NCBI GenBank assembly: GCA_044229845.1 | Contig: JBGASG010000001.1 | Location: 1,007,791 to 1,071,790 of the forward strand | Source of the DNA: Candidatus Obscuribacteraceae bacterium | GTDB taxonomy: Bacteria; Cyanobacteriota; Vampirovibrionia; Obscuribacterales; Obscuribacteraceae | Length of the DNA: 64,000 nt | Reading direction: 5' to 3' | Shown: positions 1-8,866 of the stretch, one piece after another | Layout of the letters: every line of letters starts with the position of its first letter | Numbering within the stretch: position 1 is the stretch's first letter | Program-made: the position numbers and the translations under genes | Notes under the pieces: generated by a model | Seen by the model: the letters and a program-made list of their open reading frames with translations, nothing else | Databases searched by the model: none | What the model was told of the DNA's origin: nothing

Positions 1-557
1 TTGAGCAAGGGTTTGCCGTCCCAGAGATGTTTGACGTTTTCACGCGCACAGAAATAGAAGATGCACATGCCGACTATGTTGACGGCGGTGTGCTTTGGAT
101 CGGCATCTCGGAAGAGTTCGGCTTTCACGCCGCGCTCGATGATGTGCGCGATCGTTCCATATAAAGTGATCACGCCGAGCTTGTTGTAGTACTTGCCCTT
201 GTTCTGGATGGCTTCATACATAAAAATGGCGGATAGCCGGGTGTGCTCGGCCGCACTGTCTATAAATTGATCAATCACCACCCGCAGAGCTTCATCGGCG
301 GGCAGCGACTCCAGCTCCAGTCCTTGCAGCGCGCGCAGTCGGTCAAGAAAGGCACGTTCCAGAACCGCTTCGTACAGGCCTTCCTTGCTCTTGTAGTAGT
401 AGTGAATCATTGCCTTGGTCACGCCTGTGCGTGCGGCGATCGACTCGGTACGCGCCCCTAGGAGTCCGTTCTGGGCGAACTCCTCTTCGGCTGCATCGAG
501 AATGCTGGCCTTAGTGGCTTCGGCATCGCGTTGGTGGGTGGCTGCTGGTCTTGGCAT
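1..557 (-). CDS. TetR/AcrR family transcriptional regulator (runs off the window start)
   Basis: Manual translation from ATG at 557: MPRPAATHQRDAEATKASILDAAEEEFAQNGLLGARTESIAARTGVTKAMIHYYYKSKEGLY, a typical TetR HTH. Divergent from the efflux genes. Absent from the ORF track because it has no stop in the window. Confidence 0.93.
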   Translation of the reverse strand, partial: MPRPAATHQRDAEATKASILDAAEEEFAQNGLLGARTESIAARTGVTKAMIHYYYKSKEGLYEAVLERAFLDRLRALQGLELESLPADEALRVVIDQFIDSAAEHTRLSAIFMYEAIQNKGKYYNKLGVITLYGTIAHIIERGVKAELFRDADPKHTAVNIVGMCIFYFCARENVKHLWDGKPLL

Positions 558-581
558 GGCTGGATGGCTCACTGGCGCTTA

Positions 582-599
582 ACTTACCATTTAGTAAGT
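582..599. promoter_or_regulatory. Putative TetR operator 1
   Basis: Palindrome ACTTAC-CATTTA-GTAAGT just upstream of tetR; similar to operator 2. Confidence 0.65.
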
Positions 600-641
600 A
601 TATCACGGGTGTCGCCGTTCGGCTTAGTTCTAAACAGGGGC

Positions 642-690
642 TTGCCATTTGGCGTTTTAAGAGGTAGTATAACTAACAGACTGGTTAGTT
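642..690 (+). promoter_or_regulatory. Sigma70-type promoter of the efflux operon plus putative TetR operator 2
   Basis: TTGCCA(642-647)-N17-TAGTAT(665-670), followed directly by the palindrome AACTAAC-AGACTG-GTTAGTT (671-690). Confidence 0.7.
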
Positions 691-707
691 AATAGAATAA
701 CCCAGCT

Positions 708-2027
708 TTGGAAATCCTGTGCATCATGCAAGCTTTAAAAATCCCAACTCCGAATGCCCTGCCCGAACTAAAAGAGATTCTGATTTCGCCGGCGCCGGTG
801 AAGAAACTGGCGAACAAGCGCAATCTCAAATGGCTCATCGGTGGTTTGGCGGCCGGGGTGTTGGTTACCGGCGGATTGACCTACTGGCATTTTGCTTCCA
901 TGTGGGAAGAAACCGACAATGCCACCATCACCGGTCACGTTCATAACATCTCCTCGCGCGTTGAAGGTGTCGTCACTGATGTGCTCGTCGACGACAATCA
1001 GGTAGTTCCGGCGGGAACGCCGATAGTTCGCCTCGACACTCGCGACTTCCAGACGCAAGTAATGAATGCACAAGCGTCACTCGATCGCGCGCGCAGTCAA
1101 TTAGATGTTGCCTCGCAAACGGTTGAGTCCACCGGGACATCAGCCGATGCCGCCACCACCAGCGCTGCCAGCGATTACGCAGACGCAGTGGCCGACGTGG
1201 CGCGCGCTCAGTCAGCCGTCAGCGACGCCAGAGCCGGTGTCGCCATGGCTCAAGCGAAAATGAAACAACAAGAAGCAGAGGTCGTGCGCGCCAAAAATGA
1301 CTTCCTCAGATATAAAGATCTGGAAGCCGAAGGTGCCATCAGCACGCAGCAACTTGATTCGGCCAAGCGTGACTTGGATGTAGCCAACGCTGCCATGACC
1401 GGTGCCAAAGATAACTACACCCAGTCGGTGACGCGGGTGCAACAAGCCAGCGACAGCGTGAAACAAGCGCAAGCTAAAGTCCTGCGCTCACAGAGCACTG
1501 CACAGCAAGCCAAGTCGCAAGTGCAACAAACAGATGTACGTCGCAAGGAAGTTGCCGTAGCTAAAGCTGCCACCGAGGAGCAAGCTGCATCGCTGCGCTC
1601 CGCCCAGCTGAATCTGTCGTATGCCACCATCGTTGCTCCGGTGGAAGGAACCGTCGGCCGCAAGACAGTGGAAGTAGGACAACGCATCCAAGCCGGGCAG
1701 CCTCTCATGGCGCTCGTCAGCCCTGAGCGTTGGGTAGTTGCCAACTTCAAAGAAACACAACTGGCACGCATGAAGGCAGGACAAGAAGTCGAAGTTGAAG
1801 TCGACGCTCTGCCCGGCGCACACCTGAAAGGAACCCTGGATAGTTTCTCGCCGGCATCTGGTGCCCAGTTTGCCTTATTGCCGCCAGACAACGCGACCGG
1901 TAACTTCACCAAGATCGTTCAGCGGGTTCCGGTGAAAATCCTCCTCAGTAATGAGTCTATGAAGAAGTACGGCACTCGTATCACCCCTGGCATGTCTGTG
2001 ATCGCCAAAGTGAGAGTTGCCGACTAG
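708..2027 (+). CDS. emrA: HlyD/EmrA family efflux periplasmic adaptor
   Basis: N-terminal TM, ETDNA motif, long coiled coil, and the EmrA signature LLPPDNATGNFTKIVQRVPVKI. Start may be ATG 726. Confidence 0.93.
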   Translation: MEILCIMQALKIPTPNALPELKEILISPAPVKKLANKRNLKWLIGGLAAGVLVTGGLTYWHFASMWEETDNATITGHVHNISSRVEGVVTDVLVDDNQVVPAGTPIVRLDTRDFQTQVMNAQASLDRARSQLDVASQTVESTGTSADAATTSAASDYADAVADVARAQSAVSDARAGVAMAQAKMKQQEAEVVRAKNDFLRYKDLEAEGAISTQQLDSAKRDLDVANAAMTGAKDNYTQSVTRVQQASDSVKQAQAKVLRSQSTAQQAKSQVQQTDVRRKEVAVAKAATEEQAASLRSAQLNLSYATIVAPVEGTVGRKTVEVGQRIQAGQPLMALVSPERWVVANFKETQLARMKAGQEVEVEVDALPGAHLKGTLDSFSPASGAQFALLPPDNATGNFTKIVQRVPVKILLSNESMKKYGTRITPGMSVIAKVRVAD

Positions 2028-2038
2028 TTCTAAAACTT

Positions 2039-3685
2039 TTGAGAGCCCGAGTAATGTCAGCCCAATCACAACCGCAATCAAAATCGAATTTGCAAGCTGA
2101 AGCACAAGCGGTGACTAGACCCGATGCCGCCACGCTTGCCGATGCGGTGCCGATGAAAAGTTGGATCGCCGTTTTCGGTGTGGCACTGGGCGCTTTCATG
2201 GCGGTGCTCGACATTCAGATCACCAACTCGTCCATGGCCGATATTCAGGGCACACTTGGTGCCACTCTTGATGAAGGTTCATGGATCGCCACCTCGTATC
2301 TGGTCGCTGAGATTATGGTGATACCGCTGACAGCTTTGTTTAGCCGCGTCTTCTCAACTCGCCGCTATCTGCTGGCTACGGCCGCGCTTTTCGTTGTGTT
2401 CTCTGTTGCCTGTGCTTTCTCGTGGAACCTGCAAGCGATGATTGTTTTCCGTATGGCTCAGGGCTTCACAGGTGGTGCGCTGATTCCTATGGCAATGACC
2501 ACAATGATGACCCAGCTTCCCAAAGCCAAGCAGCCCATCGGAATGGCAATCTTTGGACTCACTGCGACATTTGCTCCGTCCATCGGACCTGCGCTGGGCG
2601 GTTGGTTGACCAGCAACTTCGGATGGAAATACATCTTCTTCCTCAACATACTGCCTGGCATCGCCATGATGTCCGCGATTGCTTATTCGTTTCCTAAACA
2701 AAAAATGCAGCTGGAAATTCTCAGGACAGTCGATTGGTTCAGCGTACTGGCAATGGCTGTCGGACTCGGTTCGCTGGAAGTCGTATTGGAAGAAGGCAAT
2801 CGCAAAGACTGGTTCGGTTCGCCTCTGATTCTCAATCTGGCAATTGTCGCCGCTATTACGCTGACGTTCTTCCTCTGGCGCCAACTGACCGCCAAGCAAC
2901 CATTTATCAACTTGCGTTTGCTTGGCGAACGAAACTTCGGCGTCGGTGCCACCGCTAACGTTATCCTGGGGATGGGCATGTACGGCTCGATCTACGTGCT
3001 GCCGATGTATTTGACCCAAATCCAGGGCTACGATGCGCAGCAGATCGGTGGCGTATTGATGTGGATGGGACTGCCTCAATTGTTTATCGTGCCGTTTATT
3101 CCTAAGCTGATGCAGAAGATCGATCCGCGCATCATGATCGCGGTCGGATTAATCGTTTTCGGCGGCAGCTCTGTTATGAACGCGTTCATGACTGCCGACC
3201 ACTCAGGCGATCAACTGGCTTTTGCCCAGGTGGTGCGCGCGCTGGGTCAGCCGTTGATCATGATTCCGCTCTCGTCTCTGGCGATGTCGCGTATCGCGCC
3301 TGAGCAAGCAGCGTCCGCCTCCGCACTCTTCAATATGCTGCGCAACCTTGGCGGTTCCGTCGGCATTGCCCTGATCTCCACATTCCTGACCCGCCGCGAG
3401 CAGTTTCATTCCAATATCATTGGACAGTCGGTGACGTTGTTTGATCCAGCTACGCAAGATAGGCTGAATCAAATGACGGCCAGCTTCGCTGCTCGCGGCG
3501 CGGACATGTGGACGGCGCATCAACAAGCCTTTGCCATGATCGACCGGCTGGTGCGCCGCGAGTCATTCATCATGGCGTTCAACGATTGTTTCTTCTTTTT
3601 TGGCTGTGTCCTGATAGTTGCCGCCGGCACCGCGTTTATTTTGAAAAAGGCGCAGTCAGGCGGGTCCGCCGCCGGTGCCCATTAA
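2039..3685 (+). CDS. emrB: DHA2/EmrB family MFS efflux transporter
   Basis: Multi-TM MFS with GAFMAVLDIQITN, WIATSYLVAE and LEEGNRKDWF motifs; directly follows emrA. Confidence 0.93.
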   Translation: MRARVMSAQSQPQSKSNLQAEAQAVTRPDAATLADAVPMKSWIAVFGVALGAFMAVLDIQITNSSMADIQGTLGATLDEGSWIATSYLVAEIMVIPLTALFSRVFSTRRYLLATAALFVVFSVACAFSWNLQAMIVFRMAQGFTGGALIPMAMTTMMTQLPKAKQPIGMAIFGLTATFAPSIGPALGGWLTSNFGWKYIFFLNILPGIAMMSAIAYSFPKQKMQLEILRTVDWFSVLAMAVGLGSLEVVLEEGNRKDWFGSPLILNLAIVAAITLTFFLWRQLTAKQPFINLRLLGERNFGVGATANVILGMGMYGSIYVLPMYLTQIQGYDAQQIGGVLMWMGLPQLFIVPFIPKLMQKIDPRIMIAVGLIVFGGSSVMNAFMTADHSGDQLAFAQVVRALGQPLIMIPLSSLAMSRIAPEQAASASALFNMLRNLGGSVGIALISTFLTRREQFHSNIIGQSVTLFDPATQDRLNQMTASFAARGADMWTAHQQAFAMIDRLVRRESFIMAFNDCFFFFGCVLIVAAGTAFILKKAQSGGSAAGAH

Positions 3686-3913
3686 ACAGATCTCTACCGG
3701 CGCCATTGGATCGAAGTCTCTGCGCCAGAGGGTCAAGCGGTCTGCATCAGTTTTGATGCAGGAGCTGTCGATTTTGCTTGCCGACTGCTCAAAAAACCGG
3801 TGTGCTGACGCAAAAATCGGGTTGGCTGCGTCAATACTGATGCAAACCATCTCGACGCACCCCTGAGCAGGTCGCAGCGCGCGTTGGTGTGGGACACCCT
3901 GTTGGTCAATGAG

Positions 3914-5236
3914 TTACGGTGTCAGGCGGTTGCGGTCGCGTGGAAATAGCGACGCCAGCTTGACGTTTGGCAGACCAAGCAGTTGTTTGGCCAGGCGTTC
4001 CAGACCGATCGCCAGACCGCCGTGTGGTGGCATGCCGTACTTGAAGCACTGCAGGTAGTCGCCGAAGTCGGCAGGGTTCATGCCGCGTGCGGCGATACTG
4101 CCGACCAGTTGCTCGTATTCATGAATACGCTGTCCGCCGGTTGTGATCTCCAATCCGTTGTAGAGCAAGTCGAAACTGTGCGTCATGCCCTCAGCAGTCG
4201 GCATGGCGTAAAACGGACGCACGTCCTTCGGATAACTGGTCACATAAACCAGCGGCACACCTTCAGCGGTTTGGAAATGCTCGCACAAAAGTTTCTCAGC
4301 GTCGGCATCGAGGTCGAGGCTCTCAGCGTCCGCAGGGCGCTTCCACCCAAGTTTTGTGCGCAGCAAAGTGTGCGCCTCTTCCAGAGTCAGCTGCGGTATT
4401 TGCGAAAACACGGGTACCGTGGCACCCCAGAGCGCTAACTCGTGCTCACAGTTCTCGCGCACCGAGGCAAACATGTGCTGCAGCAGTTTGACCTGCATTG
4501 CCATCACATCTTGCTCGCTCTCGATGAAACCCATCTCAAAGTCCATGCTGATGTATTCATTGAGGTGGCGTGTCGTGTCGTGCTCTTCGGCGCGGTACAC
4601 TGGTCCGATTTCGAACACGCGTTCGAACACGCCGACCATCATTTGTTTGTAGAACTGCGGACTCTGGGCAAGAAACGCTTTTTTGCCGAAGTAGTCGACG
4701 GCGAACAGCGCCGCACCGCCCTCGGTGCCGGTGGCGACCAGCTTTGGCGAGTGGATTTCGGTAAATTGCTGCCCGGTGAGAAACTCACGAAAAGCCCGGC
4801 AGAACTCGGCTTCCAGTTTGAAGACGGCGCGCACTTTCTCGGCGCGCAGGGTCAAGGGACGGTAGTCGAGCATCGCGGAGAGCGACAGACTGTCTACCTT
4901 GGAAGACTTGTTGACTTCGACAGGTATGGTTTCACGGGACGCCGAGAGCGGTTCCACGGAGATCAGGTGGATTTCGTTGCTCGCGGGTTTTCCGTTGCTC
5001 TGCGCCGCAGCCACCCTGCCGGTGACGCGGACCGGGGTTTCCAAACCAAGCCCCGACACCTGCGCGACCAGAGCCTCGTTGTCTGCAATCAACTGAATGA
5101 TGCCTGAGCGGTCGCGCAGCAGCACGAAGGCAATCTTGCCGAGTTTGCGAATGGCGTGCACGAAACCGCTGAGCGTCACTTCGCTGCCGACGCTCTGCTG
5201 GGGTACTTCTTCGACTAACGTCGCTTGGCTGTTCAT
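3914..5236 (-). CDS. aspS: Aspartate--tRNA(Asp/Asn) ligase, short archaeal-type, probably non-discriminating
   Basis: 440 aa; OB-fold N-terminus; LAQSPQFYKQ, motif 2 YRAEEHDTTRHLNEY and motif 3 GMPPHGGLAIGLERL; lacks the bacterial GAD insertion. Confidence 0.92.
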   Translation of the reverse strand: MNSQATLVEEVPQQSVGSEVTLSGFVHAIRKLGKIAFVLLRDRSGIIQLIADNEALVAQVSGLGLETPVRVTGRVAAAQSNGKPASNEIHLISVEPLSASRETIPVEVNKSSKVDSLSLSAMLDYRPLTLRAEKVRAVFKLEAEFCRAFREFLTGQQFTEIHSPKLVATGTEGGAALFAVDYFGKKAFLAQSPQFYKQMMVGVFERVFEIGPVYRAEEHDTTRHLNEYISMDFEMGFIESEQDVMAMQVKLLQHMFASVRENCEHELALWGATVPVFSQIPQLTLEEAHTLLRTKLGWKRPADAESLDLDADAEKLLCEHFQTAEGVPLVYVTSYPKDVRPFYAMPTAEGMTHSFDLLYNGLEITTGGQRIHEYEQLVGSIAARGMNPADFGDYLQCFKYGMPPHGGLAIGLERLAKQLLGLPNVKLASLFPRDRNRLTP

Positions 5237-5254
5237 GGTCTTCCTTTATCTCCA

Positions 5255-5290
5255 AAATAAAAAACCGCGAGGCTTGTGCTTCGCGGTCCT
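5255..5290 (-). terminator. Intrinsic terminator (attenuator 3:4 hairpin) upstream of aspS
   Basis: Minus strand reads AGG-ACCGCGAAGC-ACAA-GCCTCGCGGT-TTTTTATTTT, about 20 nt before the aspS ATG. Confidence 0.85.
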
Positions 5291-5315
5291 GACTTGTTTG
5301 ATGCTTCTTTGAGAA

Positions 5316-5447
5316 TTAGCGATGCAAACAGTAGGACCGCGAGCGGTCGTTATTGTCAGCATCGTTATTATTAGCGTTAGCCGCCGCAAAACTACCGAAG
5401 CTGGCGCTCCGGGCGTTATTTGCTTTAACTGTGGCTAGTGCTTGCAT
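5316..5447 (-). CDS. Asn/Asp-rich attenuator leader peptide (43 aa)
   Basis: MQALATVKANNARSASFGSFAAANANNNDADNNDRSRSYCLHR*: 8 Asn and 3 Asp, with 9 of 11 consecutive codons N/D. Its 3' end carries the antiterminator strand. Confidence 0.8.
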   Translation of the reverse strand: MQALATVKANNARSASFGSFAAANANNNDADNNDRSRSYCLHR

Positions 5448-5456
5448 ACAAGGCGA

Positions 5457-5486
5457 AGGATAATCCCGACCCCCCTGCCGCGTCAA
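5457..5486 (-). promoter_or_regulatory. Putative promoter for the aspS leader (near-leaderless transcript)
   Basis: Minus strand TTGACG(5486-5481)-N18-TATCCT(5462-5457), 9 nt before the leader ATG; no Shine-Dalgarno. Confidence 0.55.
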
Positions 5487-5510
5487 CTCATTGTGAATTT
5501 CTAAGGCCGC

Positions 5511-6782
5511 GTGTGGGGTATATTGGCTTTCGTGAGTTCGAATAAGCATCTCTACTATGTCACCAATCGCAAGGAGAGCAGCCCCGCTGGTGTCCACGCG
5601 GAGCCTGGGAAAAGCGGGCAGCGGTACAGGTTCTTTGGTCCTCATCGCAGTCAGGACCTTGCGGTCGGACAATTCGGAATCGAAAATGATGAGATCGTAC
5701 TCACCAATTTGGCTGGAATCGAGTCCATCGAGATCACTCCTGACTCGCGTGTTGTTGTCTTCGTTCCGGGATACAACACGCGTTTTGCCGACAGTCTGGT
5801 GGTCCTAAGTCAATTACACCAAGCCCTTCTGTCCACGAGCGATCTGGTTTGTATTCTGTTTTCGTGGCCTTCAATGGGGTCTGCGTTCGCGTACATGCAG
5901 GATGAATGCTCCGTCCAGTTCAGTTACCCGCACTTCAAACTGTTGATCGATTCGATTGCGAAGCGATTAAGCAGCCACTCTCAGTTAAGCCTTGTAGGGC
6001 ACAGTCTCGGCTGTCAGCTCGTGCATAGATATGTACTCGACAGAACTGCTCGCGAAGGCAAGTCTGCCGGCATGGTAGTTCTCTCTTCGCCTGACATAGA
6101 CTATCAAACCGCTACGCTCGAGTCAGAGCGGCTAAAGTTCTCCGCGGGTATAGACTCGGGCTTCATTCTGGTGAGCGACGTGGATGGTCCTCTGGAAGTC
6201 TCGCGTTCGCTGCATGGTTATACGCGGTTGGGAAGACCATCTCTTTCGACGATGCGCAGTCTCTTTTGGGGAACGTTCCGCACCGGATCGCTCACGAACA
6301 TTTTTTCCACCATTGCTCATGTCCCGATATTTCTGATGGAGCAAGCGATCCGCTGGGTGAAATGCGGACTCAAAGACCCAGATCAAGTCTGGCAGGAGCA
6401 AAACCAGGGTAATGGAATCGCTTTTGCGGACAACATCTCGCTGTTCGATTTCACCAGGGCGGATCGCATGCAAAGGCGATTTGGACACACCGTGTGTGTT
6501 GATCTGGTGGCATCGCTTTTGAGTTCCGGAAGCCCACCGGCAGGGTGGGACCAACGGACAATCGTAAAGATACCCGACGAATACGGATATCGAGAATGTT
6601 TCCTCCTGCCGTATTCTCGACACAATCCCTACGGGCAAGATCAGGTGACGCTATTTAGTTACCGCCAATTGATCCCTCCGGCAAATGGACAGCAGCAGCT
6701 ACATGGGGAGGCTGGGGGCGGGGTTGTCTTTGGTGACCTTGCTGTACCAGTCGCCGGGGTGGCGGACGACGATGCCGGCTAA
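5511..6782 (+). CDS. Alpha/beta hydrolase (DUF900-like esterase/lipase)
   Basis: VVFVPGYNTRF, FSWPSMG, GHSLG nucleophile elbow and SPDID. The 3' end overlaps dprA convergently by 84 nt. Confidence 0.75.
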   Translation: MWGILAFVSSNKHLYYVTNRKESSPAGVHAEPGKSGQRYRFFGPHRSQDLAVGQFGIENDEIVLTNLAGIESIEITPDSRVVVFVPGYNTRFADSLVVLSQLHQALLSTSDLVCILFSWPSMGSAFAYMQDECSVQFSYPHFKLLIDSIAKRLSSHSQLSLVGHSLGCQLVHRYVLDRTAREGKSAGMVVLSSPDIDYQTATLESERLKFSAGIDSGFILVSDVDGPLEVSRSLHGYTRLGRPSLSTMRSLFWGTFRTGSLTNIFSTIAHVPIFLMEQAIRWVKCGLKDPDQVWQEQNQGNGIAFADNISLFDFTRADRMQRRFGHTVCVDLVASLLSSGSPPAGWDQRTIVKIPDEYGYRECFLLPYSRHNPYGQDQVTLFSYRQLIPPANGQQQLHGEAGGGVVFGDLAVPVAGVADDDAG

Positions 6783-7961
6783 TTCGAGCATCGTCAGAGT
6801 CGCTGACATTTCACCGGCCGGCATACCGGTGCGTTCGCACAGTACATCAAAGTGGGTCGGAACTTCGACGAGCAGATCATAGATTTCTTTCTCGCGTCCA
6901 AATAGTTCAACGACTGTCGGTACCATATGTGGTGCTTCAACCTTCACCCAGTTCATTTCCTTGAGCAGGTCTTCGGCGCTGGCGATCAGGTGCGCTTTGC
7001 GATTGATTACCAGCGCATTCGATCCCTTGAACGTGGGGCTGTCGATACGACCGGGAATGACAAACACTTCGCCGCCACTGTCGAAAGCCATGTGGGCCGT
7101 GATCAAAGCGCCGGAACTCTCTGGTGCTTCGACGATCGTGATGGCTTGGGAAATGCCGGCTACGATGCGGTTTCTCTGAGGAAACATCCACTTGTCCGGC
7201 TGTGTGCCGGGGAAATATTCGGACACAACGCAACCGTTGTTGGACAGAATGGCGTCATAGAGTTTTTTATTGGGTGGTGGGTAAATCACATCGACACCGC
7301 CGGCCAGCACGGCAATAGTGACGCCACCACCTTCGATGGCGCCCCAGTGCGCTGCGGAGTCGATGCCTGACGCCATGCCGCTGGCGATGATGCACCCGGA
7401 CTGCACCAGTTGTTGCGAGATGTCCCTGGCAGTCTTCAAACCGTATTGTGTCGCCTTGCGAGTCCCGACAATCGCGCACACATAATTAAGCCGTTGCGGC
7501 GGCGGGAAGTTGCCGCGCGCGTAAATCACCATCGGTGGTTCGTGGGCATGCCGCAGCTTAAAAGGGTAGGCAGGGTCGACGAAGGTTATCGCTTCCACGT
7601 CGGTTTTGCGCAGCCGAGCCAGAATTTCGTCTGGGTTGCAAGTTTTGCGAAACGCGGCAAGTTTCTTGAGTATCACCGGAGTGAATAGGTCTGCGCTGAC
7701 GCCTCGCAATTCGTCATCCGAAGCATGCCAGGCAACTTCCATGCTCCGAAAGCGGTCCAAGAGCAACGCGATTTTCTTACTGCCCAGCAGGTTATGGTCC
7801 TGCGTGAGTGCAAGCCAGTATTTCAGCTCGTCGTCGGGGACGCGGTCGTCTTTGTTGCTATAGCCCATAGCGGGCAATTGTACCAACTGCCACGGGGGCA
7901 ATTCCTCACCTGGTTTTGCCCCTGGTTTTGCCCCACAGACAAAGGGTGAGCAGCATTTCAA
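6699..7961 (-). CDS. dprA: DNA-processing protein DprA
   Basis: AIVGTRKATQYG, SGMASGIDSAAH, FPQRNRIVAG and SGALITA motifs plus a C-terminal winged helix. The start may lie further downstream. Confidence 0.95.
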   Translation of the reverse strand: MKCCSPFVCGAKPGAKPGEELPPWQLVQLPAMGYSNKDDRVPDDELKYWLALTQDHNLLGSKKIALLLDRFRSMEVAWHASDDELRGVSADLFTPVILKKLAAFRKTCNPDEILARLRKTDVEAITFVDPAYPFKLRHAHEPPMVIYARGNFPPPQRLNYVCAIVGTRKATQYGLKTARDISQQLVQSGCIIASGMASGIDSAAHWGAIEGGGVTIAVLAGGVDVIYPPPNKKLYDAILSNNGCVVSEYFPGTQPDKWMFPQRNRIVAGISQAITIVEAPESSGALITAHMAFDSGGEVFVIPGRIDSPTFKGSNALVINRKAHLIASAEDLLKEMNWVKVEAPHMVPTVVELFGREKEIYDLLVEVPTHFDVLCERTGMPAGEMSATLTMLELAGIVVRHPGDWYSKVTKDNPAPSLPM

Positions 7962-8053
7962 CTTCCTTCGTAGATTCCCCAGTTACAGACCCCTGATTCA
8001 TTCCTATATTAGGTTCCTCATCTGCCGAACAATTTGAAAAGGTATCTCTGGAA

Positions 8054-8866
8054 GTGCGAATTCCCGGCTCTATTCCCGCCCTCATCGCCATGGCAGGCGC
8101 CACCCTGCTGCTGATGCTGGCGGGCGCGCAGATGCCGGTCGGAGCACAGCAGATGCAAGACTTTCAGCAACAGAGCGTCGACAACGCCAGTTTTTCTCTG
8201 CAAGCATCGATGACCGAGCGCCCGCGCCTGACCCGCGAAGAAGTGAATCCGGCGGCGGTGGGTGTGCCGACCATAGCTCAGTCTCCGTTTGGCGGAGCGT
8301 CCGTCATGCCGGTTGATCCGACCATCGCCCTCAACTCATTGCCGATCCAGGCAGCCGTGGCGCCTGCTCTGCCCCCGGCTACTCGCCCGGCGCTCAAATC
8401 CACGGCAGCGACAACGGTCCACAAAGTCCCGTCCGCCTCGCTCAACGCCCATGCCAAAGCTGGACCAAATGACGACCTCTACTCGGTCGATTGGTCGCAA
8501 TGGGTCACCCAGCTTGCTGATCGCTGGTTTTTTAACCTCAAGCGCCTGGAAACCATGACCGGGCGTGACTTCCACAGCCCGCGTGCGGCTCAAATTCGCT
8601 TTACCTGCTATCCTGACGGCACAATTGGGAATATTTCACTCGAGCAAAGCTCAGGGGTTCCCACTTACGATCAATTGCAGATCCAAGCCCTGGTCCAAAC
8701 CATGCCCGTGCACCCGTTCCCCCACGGCACACTGCGCAAAAGTGTGACACTTGTGCAAGGATGGGAAGCACATCCCCGGCGTCCGGGTGAATCCGACTTC
8801 CAACCCGGCAGTTTTGGACAAGGCTTTCCGCAGGAGAAAGTGAACAGATGGAATTTATCGCGGTAG
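8054..8866 (+). CDS. Secreted protein with a TonB C-terminal-like domain
   Basis: Signal peptide, Pro/Ala-rich linker, and IRFTCYPDGTIGNISLEQSSGVPTYDQ resembling TonB_C/TonB_2. Confidence 0.6.
   Translation: MRIPGSIPALIAMAGATLLLMLAGAQMPVGAQQMQDFQQQSVDNASFSLQASMTERPRLTREEVNPAAVGVPTIAQSPFGGASVMPVDPTIALNSLPIQAAVAPALPPATRPALKSTAATTVHKVPSASLNAHAKAGPNDDLYSVDWSQWVTQLADRWFFNLKRLETMTGRDFHSPRAAQIRFTCYPDGTIGNISLEQSSGVPTYDQLQIQALVQTMPVHPFPHGTLRKSVTLVQGWEAHPRRPGESDFQPGSFGQGFPQEKVNRWNLSR

Noticed and set aside
5240..5480. T-box riboswitch upstream of aspS
   Set aside because: No T-box consensus (UGGNACC) or stem I motifs seen; the leader-peptide model explains the structure.
5316..5672. 118-aa ORF from the track
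   Set aside because: Its 5' part overlaps the hydrolase on the other strand and crosses the predicted promoter; only the last 43 codons are credible.
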